The translations under genes and the position numbers were made by a program. A stretch of DNA of 64,000 bases from an uncultured Chlamydiales bacterium (GTDB lineage: Bacteria; Chlamydiota; Chlamydiia; Chlamydiales; Rhabdochlamydiaceae): positions 736,001 through 800,000 of the forward strand of contig OY969554.1 of assembly GCA_963700985.1 (NCBI GenBank), written 5' to 3'. The notes below the pieces were generated by a model. That model did no database searches. It was not told the DNA's origin and was given only the letters and a program-made list of their open reading frames with translations. Position 1 is the first letter of the stretch; each line of letters starts with the position of its first letter. Shown in pieces: positions 48,366 to 58,337 of the stretch.

Positions 48366-50522
48366 ATGGACGAGATCTACGGCTATGTTGAGAGCATTGT
48401 TTTTACGGAAAGCGAACGCGGCTTTACAGTCGCTCGTTTAAAAGAGCCTAAAAAATTAGAGCTTACCTGCATTGTCGGTTACCTTCCCACTCTTCAACCC
48501 GGCGAAACATTGCGCTGTAAAGGCGTTTGGAAGCGCCATCCTCAGCATGGCAATCAATTCGAAGTGCAGAGCTTCGATCTTCAAGCTCCAGCGGATTTAA
48601 TCGGCATCCAGAAGTATCTAGAATCAGGCATGATTAAAGGCATCGGCCCAGTCTATGCCGAGCGCATTGTGAAGAAATTTGGCTTAGAGACGCTGCAGAT
48701 TCTCGAAGATCGCCCTGAAAAATTGCTTGAGATCGAAGGGCTGGGCTCTAAACGCATCGAAAAGATAGCCGAGTGTTGGCGCGAGCAAAAAGCCATTCGC
48801 CAAGTGATGATTTTCTTACGCGGCCACAATGTGAGCCCTGCTTATGCGCAGAAAATTTTCAAGACCTACGGCGACAAGAGCATCGAAAAAGTCACCGAGA
48901 ACCCCTATAGTTTAGCAAAAGAGATCCACGGCATCGGCTTCAAAAGTGCTGACACCATTGCTAAGGGCTTGGGTATTCCACAAGATGCGCCGCATCGTAT
49001 CGATGCCGGAATCGAGCATGTGCTTTGGGAGCTTTCAAATGAAGGCCATGTGTGCATGCCCGAAAGCGAACTCCTCCCTGCCGCTGAAGGGATTTTGCAA
49101 GTAGATACGCAGCTTATCGCTCAAAGACTCGATGCGCTAGTGACCAACGGTGTCATCGTCAAAGAAAATGGCCATTTTTGGGTTAAGCCGCTTTATTTAG
49201 CTGAGATCGGCATAGCACGCGAAATCTCACGCCTTGCTACCACTCCCTCACCCCTGCGCGCAGTTGATCTAGAAAAAGCCATTGAATGGGTGCAAGCCCA
49301 GCTGCGTTTGGATCTGGCACCAGAACAGAGCCAAGCTGTGTGTGCCGGCCTTAAAGACAAGCTGCTGATCATTACGGGTGGACCTGGTACAGGTAAGAGC
49401 ACCATCACCAAAGCAATCTTGGCCATCACCTCTAAAATTACCAATCGCATTTTACTTGCTGCACCTACAGGTCGAGCAGCCAAGCGCCTCTCAGAGATTA
49501 CGCGACACAGAGCATCGACTATTCATAGCATGCTCGAGATGGACTTCACCCAAGGCGGTTTTAAGCGCGGCAAAGACAACTTATTGCAGTGCGATCTCTT
49601 GATCGTAGACGAAGCGAGCATGATCGATACATTCTTGATGTATAACCTGCTTAAAGCCATTCCAAGCAGTTCGCGCTTAATCTTAGTGGGCGATATCGAT
49701 CAGCTGCCAAGCGTAGGCCCTGGAAATGTCTTAAAAGACATCATCCGCTCGCAACGCTTTCCAGTAAGTCAATTGAAAGAGATTTTCAGACAAGCTGCCG
49801 GCTCAAGCATTGTCACTAATGCTCACCGCATCAATCAGGGCATCTTTCCCGAGATTTACCCGAAGCCAAATAGCGATTTCATGTTTATCGAAGTTGAAGA
49901 ACCGGAAAAAATCCTCGAAGAGATCGTCAATCTTGTTGCCACACACCTGCCGCGAAGTCATCGCTTTCACCGCTTCAATGAAATTCAAGTGCTGGCTCCC
50001 ATGAAAAAAGGTCGAATTGGCATCGAGAATTTAAACACGGTGCTTCAGCACGCCTTAAACCCCTCTCCTTCGCCACTCATCCGCATGGGCAAATCTTTTC
50101 ATGTGGGCGATAAGGTAATGCAGATGCGCAACAACTATCAGAAAGTGGTTTTTAACGGCGACGTAGGCCGTATCTCAGAGATCGATATGGCCGAGCAGCA
50201 GATGCGCGTGCTCTTCGATGATAAACCTGTGGTATATGAGTTTTCAGAACTCGATGAGATCGCGCTGGCTTATGCAGTATCGATTCACAAATATCAAGGT
50301 AGTGAGTGTCCTTGCATCGTTATGCCCATCCACACTAGCCATTTCAAATTGCTGAATCGCAATTTACTTTATACCGGTATCACGCGAGGCAAAAGGCTTG
50401 TCGTGCTTGTCGGCACAAAAAAAGCCCTCGCCATCGCCGTCACGAATGAAGAAGTCAAAAAGCGCTATACAGGCCTTGCCGAAGCGATCTCATCACGCAT
50501 CGAAGCGCTAGTAGGAGGCTAA
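48366..50522 (+). CDS. recD2: ATP-dependent RecD2-like DNA helicase
   Basis: IKGIGPVYAERIV, TGGPGTGKST, DEASMID, GDIDQLPSVG, AYAVSIHKYQGSE. Confidence 0.95.
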   Translation: MDEIYGYVESIVFTESERGFTVARLKEPKKLELTCIVGYLPTLQPGETLRCKGVWKRHPQHGNQFEVQSFDLQAPADLIGIQKYLESGMIKGIGPVYAERIVKKFGLETLQILEDRPEKLLEIEGLGSKRIEKIAECWREQKAIRQVMIFLRGHNVSPAYAQKIFKTYGDKSIEKVTENPYSLAKEIHGIGFKSADTIAKGLGIPQDAPHRIDAGIEHVLWELSNEGHVCMPESELLPAAEGILQVDTQLIAQRLDALVTNGVIVKENGHFWVKPLYLAEIGIAREISRLATTPSPLRAVDLEKAIEWVQAQLRLDLAPEQSQAVCAGLKDKLLIITGGPGTGKSTITKAILAITSKITNRILLAAPTGRAAKRLSEITRHRASTIHSMLEMDFTQGGFKRGKDNLLQCDLLIVDEASMIDTFLMYNLLKAIPSSSRLILVGDIDQLPSVGPGNVLKDIIRSQRFPVSQLKEIFRQAAGSSIVTNAHRINQGIFPEIYPKPNSDFMFIEVEEPEKILEEIVNLVATHLPRSHRFHRFNEIQVLAPMKKGRIGIENLNTVLQHALNPSPSPLIRMGKSFHVGDKVMQMRNNYQKVVFNGDVGRISEIDMAEQQMRVLFDDKPVVYEFSELDEIALAYAVSIHKYQGSECPCIVMPIHTSHFKLLNRNLLYTGITRGKRLVVLVGTKKALAIAVTNEEVKKRYTGLAEAISSRIEALVGG

Positions 50523-50523
50523 G

Positions 50524-52311
50524 CTATGAAGCTCGTGGAGGCGCCTTCTTCTCCTCTTTGCCTTCTGGTTTTCGGAGAGGGGCGCGATCTGCGCTCCAGT
50601 CCATCTCAGTAGAGGTTGGCTTATTTCGAATTTGTGCCACGATATTTGCAGGCAGCTCTCTTACTAAATATGCGAATAGTTGATCCCAGCTATTCCGAAA
50701 TTTATCATATTCTGAAATCAGAATTTCTGTGATCTCCCATCCAAGCGCTCTTAAAATTCTCTTACGCATTAACTCATCGCCTATGAGCGCCCCTGAAGAA
50801 AGAAAATGTGATCTACCGACCACCTCGAAACCCTGCTTTTCACCTAATATTGTATCGACAAAGAAACATCTGATAAATCGTTCTTTTTCAAGGCCGCGTC
50901 CTAGCATCCATTCTAATCCTTTGTGAATAAAGCTATGTGCACTAGAGGAGTCCGGCCTTAATTGATCAAGGGTCTCTTTATCGTGGAAAGCGCCTTCGAC
51001 CATCCCATGCAATCTCGCGTAAGCGCGAGGCTGGAAATACTCCTTATGAAAAAATTCTAGATAGGAAAATATCTGCGCCAATTGTCTAACCTGCATCAGA
51101 TAATGGTCATTGAGGCCAAGAGAGTCGATCTGAATGAGAAGTCCATGCACGAGCATTAACTCTTCCTTCGAGGGAGAGCCTAATTTAGAGACTTCATAGG
51201 AATTAAAAATATTGACTAAAGCCCATGTAATCGAAGAAAGAAGAGAAGAGGTTATCGAACGATCGCCTATTTTCTTCCTGATCACTTTGATAAGCTCTTC
51301 AAAAAACATCCGATTTGAAGCGTTGAAGTAGTGCAATCTGCTACAGCTTCCGAGAAGATTACTAAGGTCTTGAAGAGAAAAATCATCTATCTTTCTTACT
51401 CCCCGCGCAAGCTCCTTTAAACTCGCTTTTTGGACAGCTTGTAAAAGTTCATGATCATCGATTCGCACCCTTGAAAATGCCCATACAAGGTTAGCTAGAT
51501 CGTGAGCCGGGAAGTCACCTATCTTTCGTATCGACTCAGCTGCAATGGCTTTAAAGAATGGTACATCTTGCTTTTCTAGCTTTGCGTATATGCCCGCCGT
51601 CTGCGCAAGATCAATCGGAATAAAGTCCCTTAAGTCTCTGGCTTTAATTGCCTTAAATAAGCTGGGGGCTTCGAATTGCAATTGGGCAAACGTTGCTGTG
51701 ATACGGATCAGCTCCTTTAGCTTAAAATCCTCGATTTGCCTCATAGCATCTACAGTAATAGTCAAAAAGAGATCGGGATCTTTTACCTTAAAAAACTCAA
51801 AGGCTCGTGTAATCTGGCAAAGTCCCGCTGGAACAAATACCCCACGCCTAATTGATGCTCTTGGATTAGGCTCAAAATTGATAATCCGTTTTTGTACTTC
51901 TAGAGAAACATGCGCTAAGAGTTCATCGTCTCTTACATTAAATTTCTCGCAATTGAATACCATCACAGAAAGATGCTTAGCACTTTCTACACTTAATTTA
52001 GCTTTTACTCTCTGAATATACTCAAGGAGCTCTGTACGGCTTCTAAATGTTAAATTAGCATTAGACTCACGTGATGATACAAAGCCTGCTGTGTAGCTGC
52101 GACCGTTTCGGGTAGAGTGCGTACCTCTAGACTCAGAATCAGCATATTCCAAGCTTCTTTGCGAAGCTCGAGGCATAGATGCAGCAGGAGTGCGTGAAGC
52201 CTCTTTTCCCTCTCTCTCCATTGAAAAGCTGTAGTCTTCTTGGGTTACATTCATTAGAACTCTAGAACTTTCTGAAAGACGAGAATGAACTGGATGCATA
52301 AATAACCTCAT
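50524..52311 (-). CDS. OPR/FAST-like helical repeat protein with C-terminal RAP domain
   Basis: ~37-aa repeats (DFPAHDLANLVWAFSRV, DFSLQDLSNLL); FFVDTIL...FEVVGRSHF...RKRILRALGWEITEI. Confidence 0.8.
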   Translation of the reverse strand: MRLFMHPVHSRLSESSRVLMNVTQEDYSFSMEREGKEASRTPAASMPRASQRSLEYADSESRGTHSTRNGRSYTAGFVSSRESNANLTFRSRTELLEYIQRVKAKLSVESAKHLSVMVFNCEKFNVRDDELLAHVSLEVQKRIINFEPNPRASIRRGVFVPAGLCQITRAFEFFKVKDPDLFLTITVDAMRQIEDFKLKELIRITATFAQLQFEAPSLFKAIKARDLRDFIPIDLAQTAGIYAKLEKQDVPFFKAIAAESIRKIGDFPAHDLANLVWAFSRVRIDDHELLQAVQKASLKELARGVRKIDDFSLQDLSNLLGSCSRLHYFNASNRMFFEELIKVIRKKIGDRSITSSLLSSITWALVNIFNSYEVSKLGSPSKEELMLVHGLLIQIDSLGLNDHYLMQVRQLAQIFSYLEFFHKEYFQPRAYARLHGMVEGAFHDKETLDQLRPDSSSAHSFIHKGLEWMLGRGLEKERFIRCFFVDTILGEKQGFEVVGRSHFLSSGALIGDELMRKRILRALGWEITEILISEYDKFRNSWDQLFAYLVRELPANIVAQIRNKPTSTEMDWSADRAPLRKPEGKEEKKAPPRAS

Positions 52312-52422
52312 TTTTAATTAAAATCGCTAGAATTTTAACAAAATGGTAGTATTATGAATAGAATTATAAATTTTTTAATATAAAATTAAAAAATTATAAT
52401 AGTTATAGATCAATTGAACTAT

Positions 52423-54477
52423 TTAGGTAACAGGAGTTCCTGGCAAAGCGTTCTGGAAAGAAGGCAGCTCGATACCAAGCGTCGTGTCAGCAGCTAAGAG
52501 CATGCCTTGACTTTCGACACCCATCAGTGCAGCTGGTTTTAGATTAGCCACGATGATGATCGTTTTTCCAATGAGATGAGTAAGATCTTCCATCTTTTCA
52601 CCAATACCCGCCACGATGGTGCGTTTTTCAAAGCCGATATCGACGGAGAGTTTGAGCAATTTTTTGCTTTTAGGAATGCGTTCAACAGCTAAAATCTTAC
52701 CGACGCGTAGATCGAGTTTGCGCACTTCCTCGAAGCTGACCTGTTCTTTTAAAGGCACAACTACAACAGGGGTCGCAGGAGCGGGCGTAGATGAAGAAGT
52801 AAGTGTTTCCAATTTTTCAATCTCCTTTTGAATAAGCTCATCTTCTACTTTTGCAAAAAGATGGTCAGGTGCAGGAAGACTACGTCCTTCGGAAATCTCT
52901 TCCAACATAAGGTCGTGCCAGTTTTGTTTAGCGAGTATCGATGTGTAACCTAAAAGCTTCCAGAGATGTTGTGCTGCTTGAGGAATAATCGGCGAAGAGA
53001 CAAGCGCGAGAACTTTTAAGCAGTCTATGCAGCAGGCAATCGTGTTTAGCATCTCTTGAGCGCGCTCTGGATCTTTGCTCGCTTGCCAAGGCTTCTTTGC
53101 ATCGAAGTAGACATTTCCAACTTGAGCGAGTTCCATGATGAGAGCACTGGCTTTACGCAAATGGTAGCTTTCATATGCTTGCGCAATGTCATTTGCTAGG
53201 GTTTGAACTCTTTTTAAAAACTCTTGATCGATCTCTACCAGGGCTTTTTTAGAAGGAACTTTTCCCGCGGAGTGATTGGCAGCGAATACGAGAACGCGGC
53301 TGACTAAATTGCCATATTTACCGAGCAGCTCGCTGTTGCAACGTAGCTGAAAATCCTTCCAGGTGAATTCAGAATCTTGGGTTTCCGGTGCATTGGCGGC
53401 AATTGTATAACGAATCTGATCAGAAGTGAATTTCTGGAAAAACGTTTCTAAATCGATATACCAGCCTTCTGACTTACTAAACTGCTTGCCTTCGAGGTTA
53501 TAGAACTCATTAGCAGGCAGTTCGTTCACAAGCTTATAAGGCACATCTTGCCCCATCTCCATAGCAGGAAAGAACACTGCGTGGAAAGGAATGTTGTCTT
53601 TGCCGATAAATTGCACATATTTAGTGTTAGGATCTAACCAGTAGCTTTTCCATGCATCAGGATCGCCTTTTTTCTCGGCCCAGTCTTTGGTTGCCGAGAT
53701 ATAGCCAATAGGCGCATCGAACCAGACGTAGAAAACTTTACCCTCAGCACCCGGTAGTGGCACAGGTATGCCCCAATCGGAATCGCGTGTAATGGCTCGC
53801 GGTTTTAGATCATCGACATAGGATTTGGCAAAGTTAACAACGTTAGATTTCCAATGCTTACTAGCCAGCCATTCTGTGAGTTGTTCTTTGAAGCGATCGA
53901 ATAGCAGAAACCAGTGTTTTGTAGGTTTAAGCACCAAAGGTTTTCCAGAAACTTTGGAGCGTGGCTCTAGTAGATCAGTTGCTTCGTAACTAGCACCACA
54001 TCTTTGACACTCATCACCACGCGCTTCTTTAAATCCACACTTGGGACAGGTGCCCACGACATAACGATCTGCTAAAAAGCACTTATCTTCTTCAGAATAG
54101 AGCTGATTGGTCTCACGCTGATCGATATATCCATTTTTAAGTAGGTCTAAGAAAAATTGCTGAGTGGTAGGAACATGACCAGACCAAGTTGTGCGCGAGT
54201 AGTGATTAAAAGAAAAGTCGAGCTGCTTGAAAAAGTCCTCATTCACTTTGTGAAAAAGATCCACATGCTCTTTAGGCGTTCTTCCAGCTAGTTGTGCGCT
54301 GAGTGTAATAGCTACACCATGCTCATCGGAGCCGCAGATATAGAGAACATCATTGCCTCTTAAGCGCTGAAAACGCGCATAACAATCTGCGGGAAGATAA
54401 GCGCCTGCGATATGGCCAAAATGCAAAGGACCATTAGCATAGGGAAGAGCAGAGGTAATGAGAATCTTTTGTGACAT
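52423..54477 (-). CDS. metG: Methionine--tRNA ligase with C-terminal tRNA-binding domain
   Basis: ALPYANGPLHFGH, YVWFDAPIGY, QFSKS, LDLRVG...MGVESQGM. Confidence 0.98.
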   Translation of the reverse strand: MSQKILITSALPYANGPLHFGHIAGAYLPADCYARFQRLRGNDVLYICGSDEHGVAITLSAQLAGRTPKEHVDLFHKVNEDFFKQLDFSFNHYSRTTWSGHVPTTQQFFLDLLKNGYIDQRETNQLYSEEDKCFLADRYVVGTCPKCGFKEARGDECQRCGASYEATDLLEPRSKVSGKPLVLKPTKHWFLLFDRFKEQLTEWLASKHWKSNVVNFAKSYVDDLKPRAITRDSDWGIPVPLPGAEGKVFYVWFDAPIGYISATKDWAEKKGDPDAWKSYWLDPNTKYVQFIGKDNIPFHAVFFPAMEMGQDVPYKLVNELPANEFYNLEGKQFSKSEGWYIDLETFFQKFTSDQIRYTIAANAPETQDSEFTWKDFQLRCNSELLGKYGNLVSRVLVFAANHSAGKVPSKKALVEIDQEFLKRVQTLANDIAQAYESYHLRKASALIMELAQVGNVYFDAKKPWQASKDPERAQEMLNTIACCIDCLKVLALVSSPIIPQAAQHLWKLLGYTSILAKQNWHDLMLEEISEGRSLPAPDHLFAKVEDELIQKEIEKLETLTSSSTPAPATPVVVVPLKEQVSFEEVRKLDLRVGKILAVERIPKSKKLLKLSVDIGFEKRTIVAGIGEKMEDLTHLIGKTIIIVANLKPAALMGVESQGMLLAADTTLGIELPSFQNALPGTPVT

Positions 54478-54491
54478 GATTCAGCCTTCTG

Positions 54492-54722
54492 CTACTTGCC
54501 GTCCTCTTCATCGTTCGATTTTCTTTCATTAGCATCCATCTCTTGAAGATCAGTTAGATAATCTTCACCAGGATGTTTACGGATCTCTTCTAAAAGATCA
54601 TCGATGTTGAGCTCTCTTCCAGATCTAATGTAGTATCGGCCTAAACGGATTGCGTGTCTTGCAAGCTCAAAATTGCTCTTAAACAGCCCCTTTAGCTTCT
54701 CATTCGTCAATAGGTCTTTCAT
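54492..54722 (-). CDS. rpoZ: Probable RNA polymerase omega subunit (chlamydial type)
   Basis: 76-aa ORF between gmk and metG; LTNEKL..LF.S.FEL...AI motif; position conserved in Chlamydia. Confidence 0.7.
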   Translation of the reverse strand: MKDLLTNEKLKGLFKSNFELARHAIRLGRYYIRSGRELNIDDLLEEIRKHPGEDYLTDLQEMDANERKSNDEEDGK

Positions 54723-54723
54723 C

Positions 54724-55326
54724 TTATTTCTCTCTTTTTATTCTATGTTCTTCTGCAATGACAATGCTTCTTAAAATGTCGTACGCATTGGCTAAATTTT
54801 CATTCACGATATGATAATCATAGCGTAGAGCTTGTTCCATCTCATTTTGCGCCCAAGAAAGCCTACGCTGAATCGATTCTTCAGTTTCAGTTTTTCGCTT
54901 AATCAAGCGTTCTCTTAGTTCTTCCAATGAAGGTGGGCTAGCAAAAATATAAGTCGCTGGAAAATGTTCAGCTTTTAACTGCATGGCACCTTGTGTATCA
55001 ATTACGAGAAAGACATGCTTTCCTTCTTCCTGTTGTTTAAGCACAAAGGCCTTCGAGGTCCCATAGTAGTGTCCGAACACTTCAGCATACTCTAGGAAAT
55101 CGCCGCTTTTAATCCTCTTCTTAAACTCATCTTCAGAAAGAAAGTGGTAATCTTGTCCATTGACCTCACCATGTCTGGGAAGTCTTGTCGTACAAGAAAC
55201 ACTCTCTGTCACTGTTAAAAACTCATCACGTAGCATGCGCACAAGCGTCGTTTTTCCAGTGCCTGCAGGCGCGCTCAGGACGAAAACTAGTCCCCGCGGT
55301 AAATTTCCTAAAATTTTTCCAGCCAT
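54724..55326 (-). CDS. gmk: Guanylate kinase
   Basis: SAPAGTGKTT, SVSCTTRLPR.GE..G.DYHF, YYGT. Confidence 0.97.
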   Translation of the reverse strand: MAGKILGNLPRGLVFVLSAPAGTGKTTLVRMLRDEFLTVTESVSCTTRLPRHGEVNGQDYHFLSEDEFKKRIKSGDFLEYAEVFGHYYGTSKAFVLKQQEEGKHVFLVIDTQGAMQLKAEHFPATYIFASPPSLEELRERLIKRKTETEESIQRRLSWAQNEMEQALRYDYHIVNENLANAYDILRSIVIAEEHRIKREK

Positions 55327-55329
55327 GCC

Positions 55330-56208
55330 CTACTCGACGTTTTGGACTTGCTCACGGATCTTTTCACACTCACTTCTCATCATCACAGTGAGATGAGAAA
55401 CATCATTTTCAAGCGCCTTTGCCGAAAGCGTATTTATCTCGCGCTGCATCTCTTGCGTCAAAAAATCTAAAGTTCTGCCCACGCTTTTTTCTTTCGAGGC
55501 TAGATAGTGCCGAAACTGGTTAATGTGCGAATCAAGCCGTGTTAACTCTTCCGTCACATCTCCCTTCTCGGCAAAAAATGCTAGCTCTCTAAAAAGACGC
55601 TCTTCATTTTCCCCTGTAAGGGCCAGCGCAGCTTGCGCCCGTTCGATCAGCTTCTTTTTAAAACTCTCGATCATCTCAGGCGAGCGCTTTTTCACCGTCG
55701 CAACAGCCTCTTCGATCCCTTGAAGTCGTTGCAAGATATCTTCCGCAAGATGCTTTCCCTCGCGTACTTTCATCGCCATCATCTCTTCAAGAGAAGTCTC
55801 AAGGGCAGCCTTCAATGACTGCTTTAACTCATCATCTTCATCCACTTGCTCGAGTGCATTCAGACTCGGAGCTCTGGCCAACAAAAAGGGCAAATCTATC
55901 GCTTGGGCTGGATCGTAATCCAAGGCGCGCGCGATCTTTTCCCAGTTTGTTTTTAACTGCTTCAAAGCCTCAAGCGACGCAGGAGCAAGTTCTTCACTTG
56001 TCTCATGCTGAATGCGCACAGTGATCTGACCACGCTGCAGCTGATCCGCAATCCATTTCCGGACATCGAGATCAAAACGCAGAAACTCCTTCGGCATGAG
56101 CAGGTGTATATCGAGCATCTTCCGATTAACAGAGTGGAGCTCGACGAGCCAGCGTCCAAATGAAGTCTTTTTCTGACTACGGCCATAGGCCGTCATGCTT
56201 TTGACCAT
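55330..56208 (-). CDS. yicC: YicC/YloC family endoribonuclease
   Basis: KSMTAYG, SVNRK, EELTRLDSH, GRTLDFLTQEMQREINT, EKIREQVQNVE. Confidence 0.95.
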   Translation of the reverse strand: MVKSMTAYGRSQKKTSFGRWLVELHSVNRKMLDIHLLMPKEFLRFDLDVRKWIADQLQRGQITVRIQHETSEELAPASLEALKQLKTNWEKIARALDYDPAQAIDLPFLLARAPSLNALEQVDEDDELKQSLKAALETSLEEMMAMKVREGKHLAEDILQRLQGIEEAVATVKKRSPEMIESFKKKLIERAQAALALTGENEERLFRELAFFAEKGDVTEELTRLDSHINQFRHYLASKEKSVGRTLDFLTQEMQREINTLSAKALENDVSHLTVMMRSECEKIREQVQNVE

Positions 56209-56264
56209 TGGGACAATAAAAATTTATTAGATCATATAAGAATAGAGCATTAAACGATTGGGGG

Positions 56265-56933
56265 TCAAGAAGAAATGGCTCTTGCCAACATCATCGTTTT
56301 AATCGGCTCAAAAGTAACCCGGTGAATCGGACAAGGCCCATACTTTTCCAAGGCCAAAAGATGCTGCTGGGTTCCATAGCCTTTATGCTTATTAAAGCCG
56401 TAAACGGGCCAAAGTTCATGATATTGATTCATCAGCGCATCCCGCGTTTCTTTGGCGATAATCGAGGCAGTAGCTATGGAAATCGATAGAGAATCGCCTT
56501 TAACAATGGCTTTGGCCGGAATTGAGGTCTTTGGAAGCATATGACCATCGACTAAAAGATAGTCTGGTTTTTGAGCCATCTGAGCCACGGCAATCAGCAT
56601 CGCTTCGAAGGTCGCGCGCAGGATATTGATTTGATCGATAATTTGAGCGTCGATGACACCAACGCCATATAAAATACTTGGATTGTGAGTGATTCGCTTA
56701 AAAAGTTCAGCGCGCTTGGCAGGGGTCAATTTTTTACTATCATCAACCCCATCAAGCATAACTCCTTCTGGAAGATGGCATGCAGCTGCCACTACGGGCC
56801 CTGCAAGAGGTCCCCTTCCAGCCTCGTCTACCCCAGCTATATATTTATAACCTTGGCTACGAGCCGCATTTTCAAAGAGAGTGAGACCCTGCAGCCGAAC
56901 CAATTCGGCCGCTTGATCTGCTATTTCTCTCAT
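56265..56933 (-). CDS. rnhB: Ribonuclease HII
   Basis: AGVDEAGRGPLAGPV, DDSKKL, KGD...ASIIAK, HKGYGT. Confidence 0.97.
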   Translation of the reverse strand: MREIADQAAELVRLQGLTLFENAARSQGYKYIAGVDEAGRGPLAGPVVAAACHLPEGVMLDGVDDSKKLTPAKRAELFKRITHNPSILYGVGVIDAQIIDQINILRATFEAMLIAVAQMAQKPDYLLVDGHMLPKTSIPAKAIVKGDSLSISIATASIIAKETRDALMNQYHELWPVYGFNKHKGYGTQQHLLALEKYGPCPIHRVTFEPIKTMMLARAISS

Positions 56934-57346
56934 GTCGCTGCAGGAGCGTCTTCTACAGCAGAAGCTTGAGCCTTAGAAGCTTTTAAAGGCCCCATCTGCT
57001 CTTTAACTTTTGAAGCTTTACCAGAAGTTCCACGTAGATAGTAGAGCTTGCTCTTGCGCACTTTACCAATCTTCATGACTTCGATTTTGGAAATTCTTGG
57101 GCTGTGGAGCATAAAAACTCTCTCCATTCCAGCGCCGTGTGAAAAGCGATAAATAGCTACTGTTTCTGACAATCCACTGCCACGTTTAGCAATTACAGTG
57201 CCTGAAAAGAGCTGAATACGCTCCTTTTCGCCCTCTGCAATGCGTGTGTGGATATTGATCGTATCGCCTACACGAAATTTAGGGATATCTGTCTTTAGCT
57301 GCTCGCTTTCGACAGCTTGAATAACTTGATTCTGTTTCATGGTCAA
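56930..57346 (-). CDS. rplS: 50S ribosomal protein L19 (start may be 57340)
   Basis: FRVGDTI, EGEKERIQLFSG, GKVRKSKLYYLR. Confidence 0.97.
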   Translation of the reverse strand: MTMKQNQVIQAVESEQLKTDIPKFRVGDTINIHTRIAEGEKERIQLFSGTVIAKRGSGLSETVAIYRFSHGAGMERVFMLHSPRISKIEVMKIGKVRKSKLYYLRGTSGKASKVKEQMGPLKASKAQASAVEDAPAAT

Positions 57347-58011
57347 ACTCCTAACTCTGGTCGTACTCTTCTAGTTTTTTCATGCGCTCTTTGTTTGCGC
57401 CAACTTTCTATGTCTGCATGATTTCCACCACGCAATACTTCAGGCACTACATGCCCTTCAAACTCTACCGGCCGCGTATATTGCGGGGCATCGAAGATGC
57501 CATTTTGGAACGAGTCTTGCGCTGCCGCCTCTTCATGCCCCAAAACACCCGGAACAAAACGGGAAATGGCATCGACCAATACAATCGCCGCCACACACCC
57601 ATTGGTTAAAACGTAATCCCCAATGCTAATCTCTTCGTCGATCTCTTGATCGATCACTCTCTCATCGACGCCTTCATAATGTCCGCAGACAAGAATGAGG
57701 TGCTCTTCTTTCGCAAGCGCTTCGCATTTGGCTGCTGTTAGCAGCGAACCCTGCGGCGACAACAAGATAACTCGAGAGCCCTCTCTTTTCTTGCTACGAA
57801 TCGCTTTTGTCAGCGGTCCTGGCATGAGAACCATTCCTGGCCCTCCACCAAAGGGGCGGTCATCTACTTTGCGATGCTTATCCTCTGCAAAGTCTCGTAT
57901 GTCGGTCTGCTCAATCTGAATAAGCCCTTTTTCTTGAGCACGCTTAAGCATGCTGACATTAAAAGGCCCATCAAAATAGGCAGGAAAAAGAGAAAGAATG
58001 TCAAATTTCAA
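57343..58011 (-). CDS. trmD: tRNA (guanine-37-N1)-methyltransferase
   Basis: VDDRPFGGGPGMV, CGHYEGVDER, SIGDYVL. Confidence 0.97.
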   Translation of the reverse strand: MKFDILSLFPAYFDGPFNVSMLKRAQEKGLIQIEQTDIRDFAEDKHRKVDDRPFGGGPGMVLMPGPLTKAIRSKKREGSRVILLSPQGSLLTAAKCEALAKEEHLILVCGHYEGVDERVIDQEIDEEISIGDYVLTNGCVAAIVLVDAISRFVPGVLGHEEAAAQDSFQNGIFDAPQYTRPVEFEGHVVPEVLRGGNHADIESWRKQRAHEKTRRVRPELGV

Positions 58012-58013
58012 AA

Positions 58014-58337
58014 CTAAGCTTTCTTCTTTGCTTCTCTGCGTTTTGCGACGCGTTTCACACGAACTGCAAAGCGTTTTTCGTTGTAATTCTTCATTACGTC
58101 CGGAGCGCTTTTAGCAACCAGTGATTTAGCTTGATCGGAGATCTCTGCTCCTTTTTCCAGCCAATAAGCAACACGCTCAGCATTTACGCTCAAGCTGTTT
58201 TGCTCTTCAAACGGATTGTACCAGCCCAAATTCTCTAGATACTTACCATCGCGCTTAGAGCGACCATCGATAAGCACCAGACGATATGTCTGACGATTCT
58301 TTTTCCCTTGCTGACGCAAACGGATCTTTACTGCCAT
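58014..58337 (-). CDS. rpsP: 30S ribosomal protein S16
   Basis: MAVKIRLRQQG, RDGKYLENLGWYNP; start ATG 58337. Confidence 0.97.
   Translation of the reverse strand: MAVKIRLRQQGKKNRQTYRLVLIDGRSKRDGKYLENLGWYNPFEEQNSLSVNAERVAYWLEKGAEISDQAKSLVAKSAPDVMKNYNEKRFAVRVKRVAKRREAKKKA

Noticed and set aside
58011-58014. Missing rimM between rpsP and trmD
   Set aside because: Matches the usual chlamydial gene order; not novel
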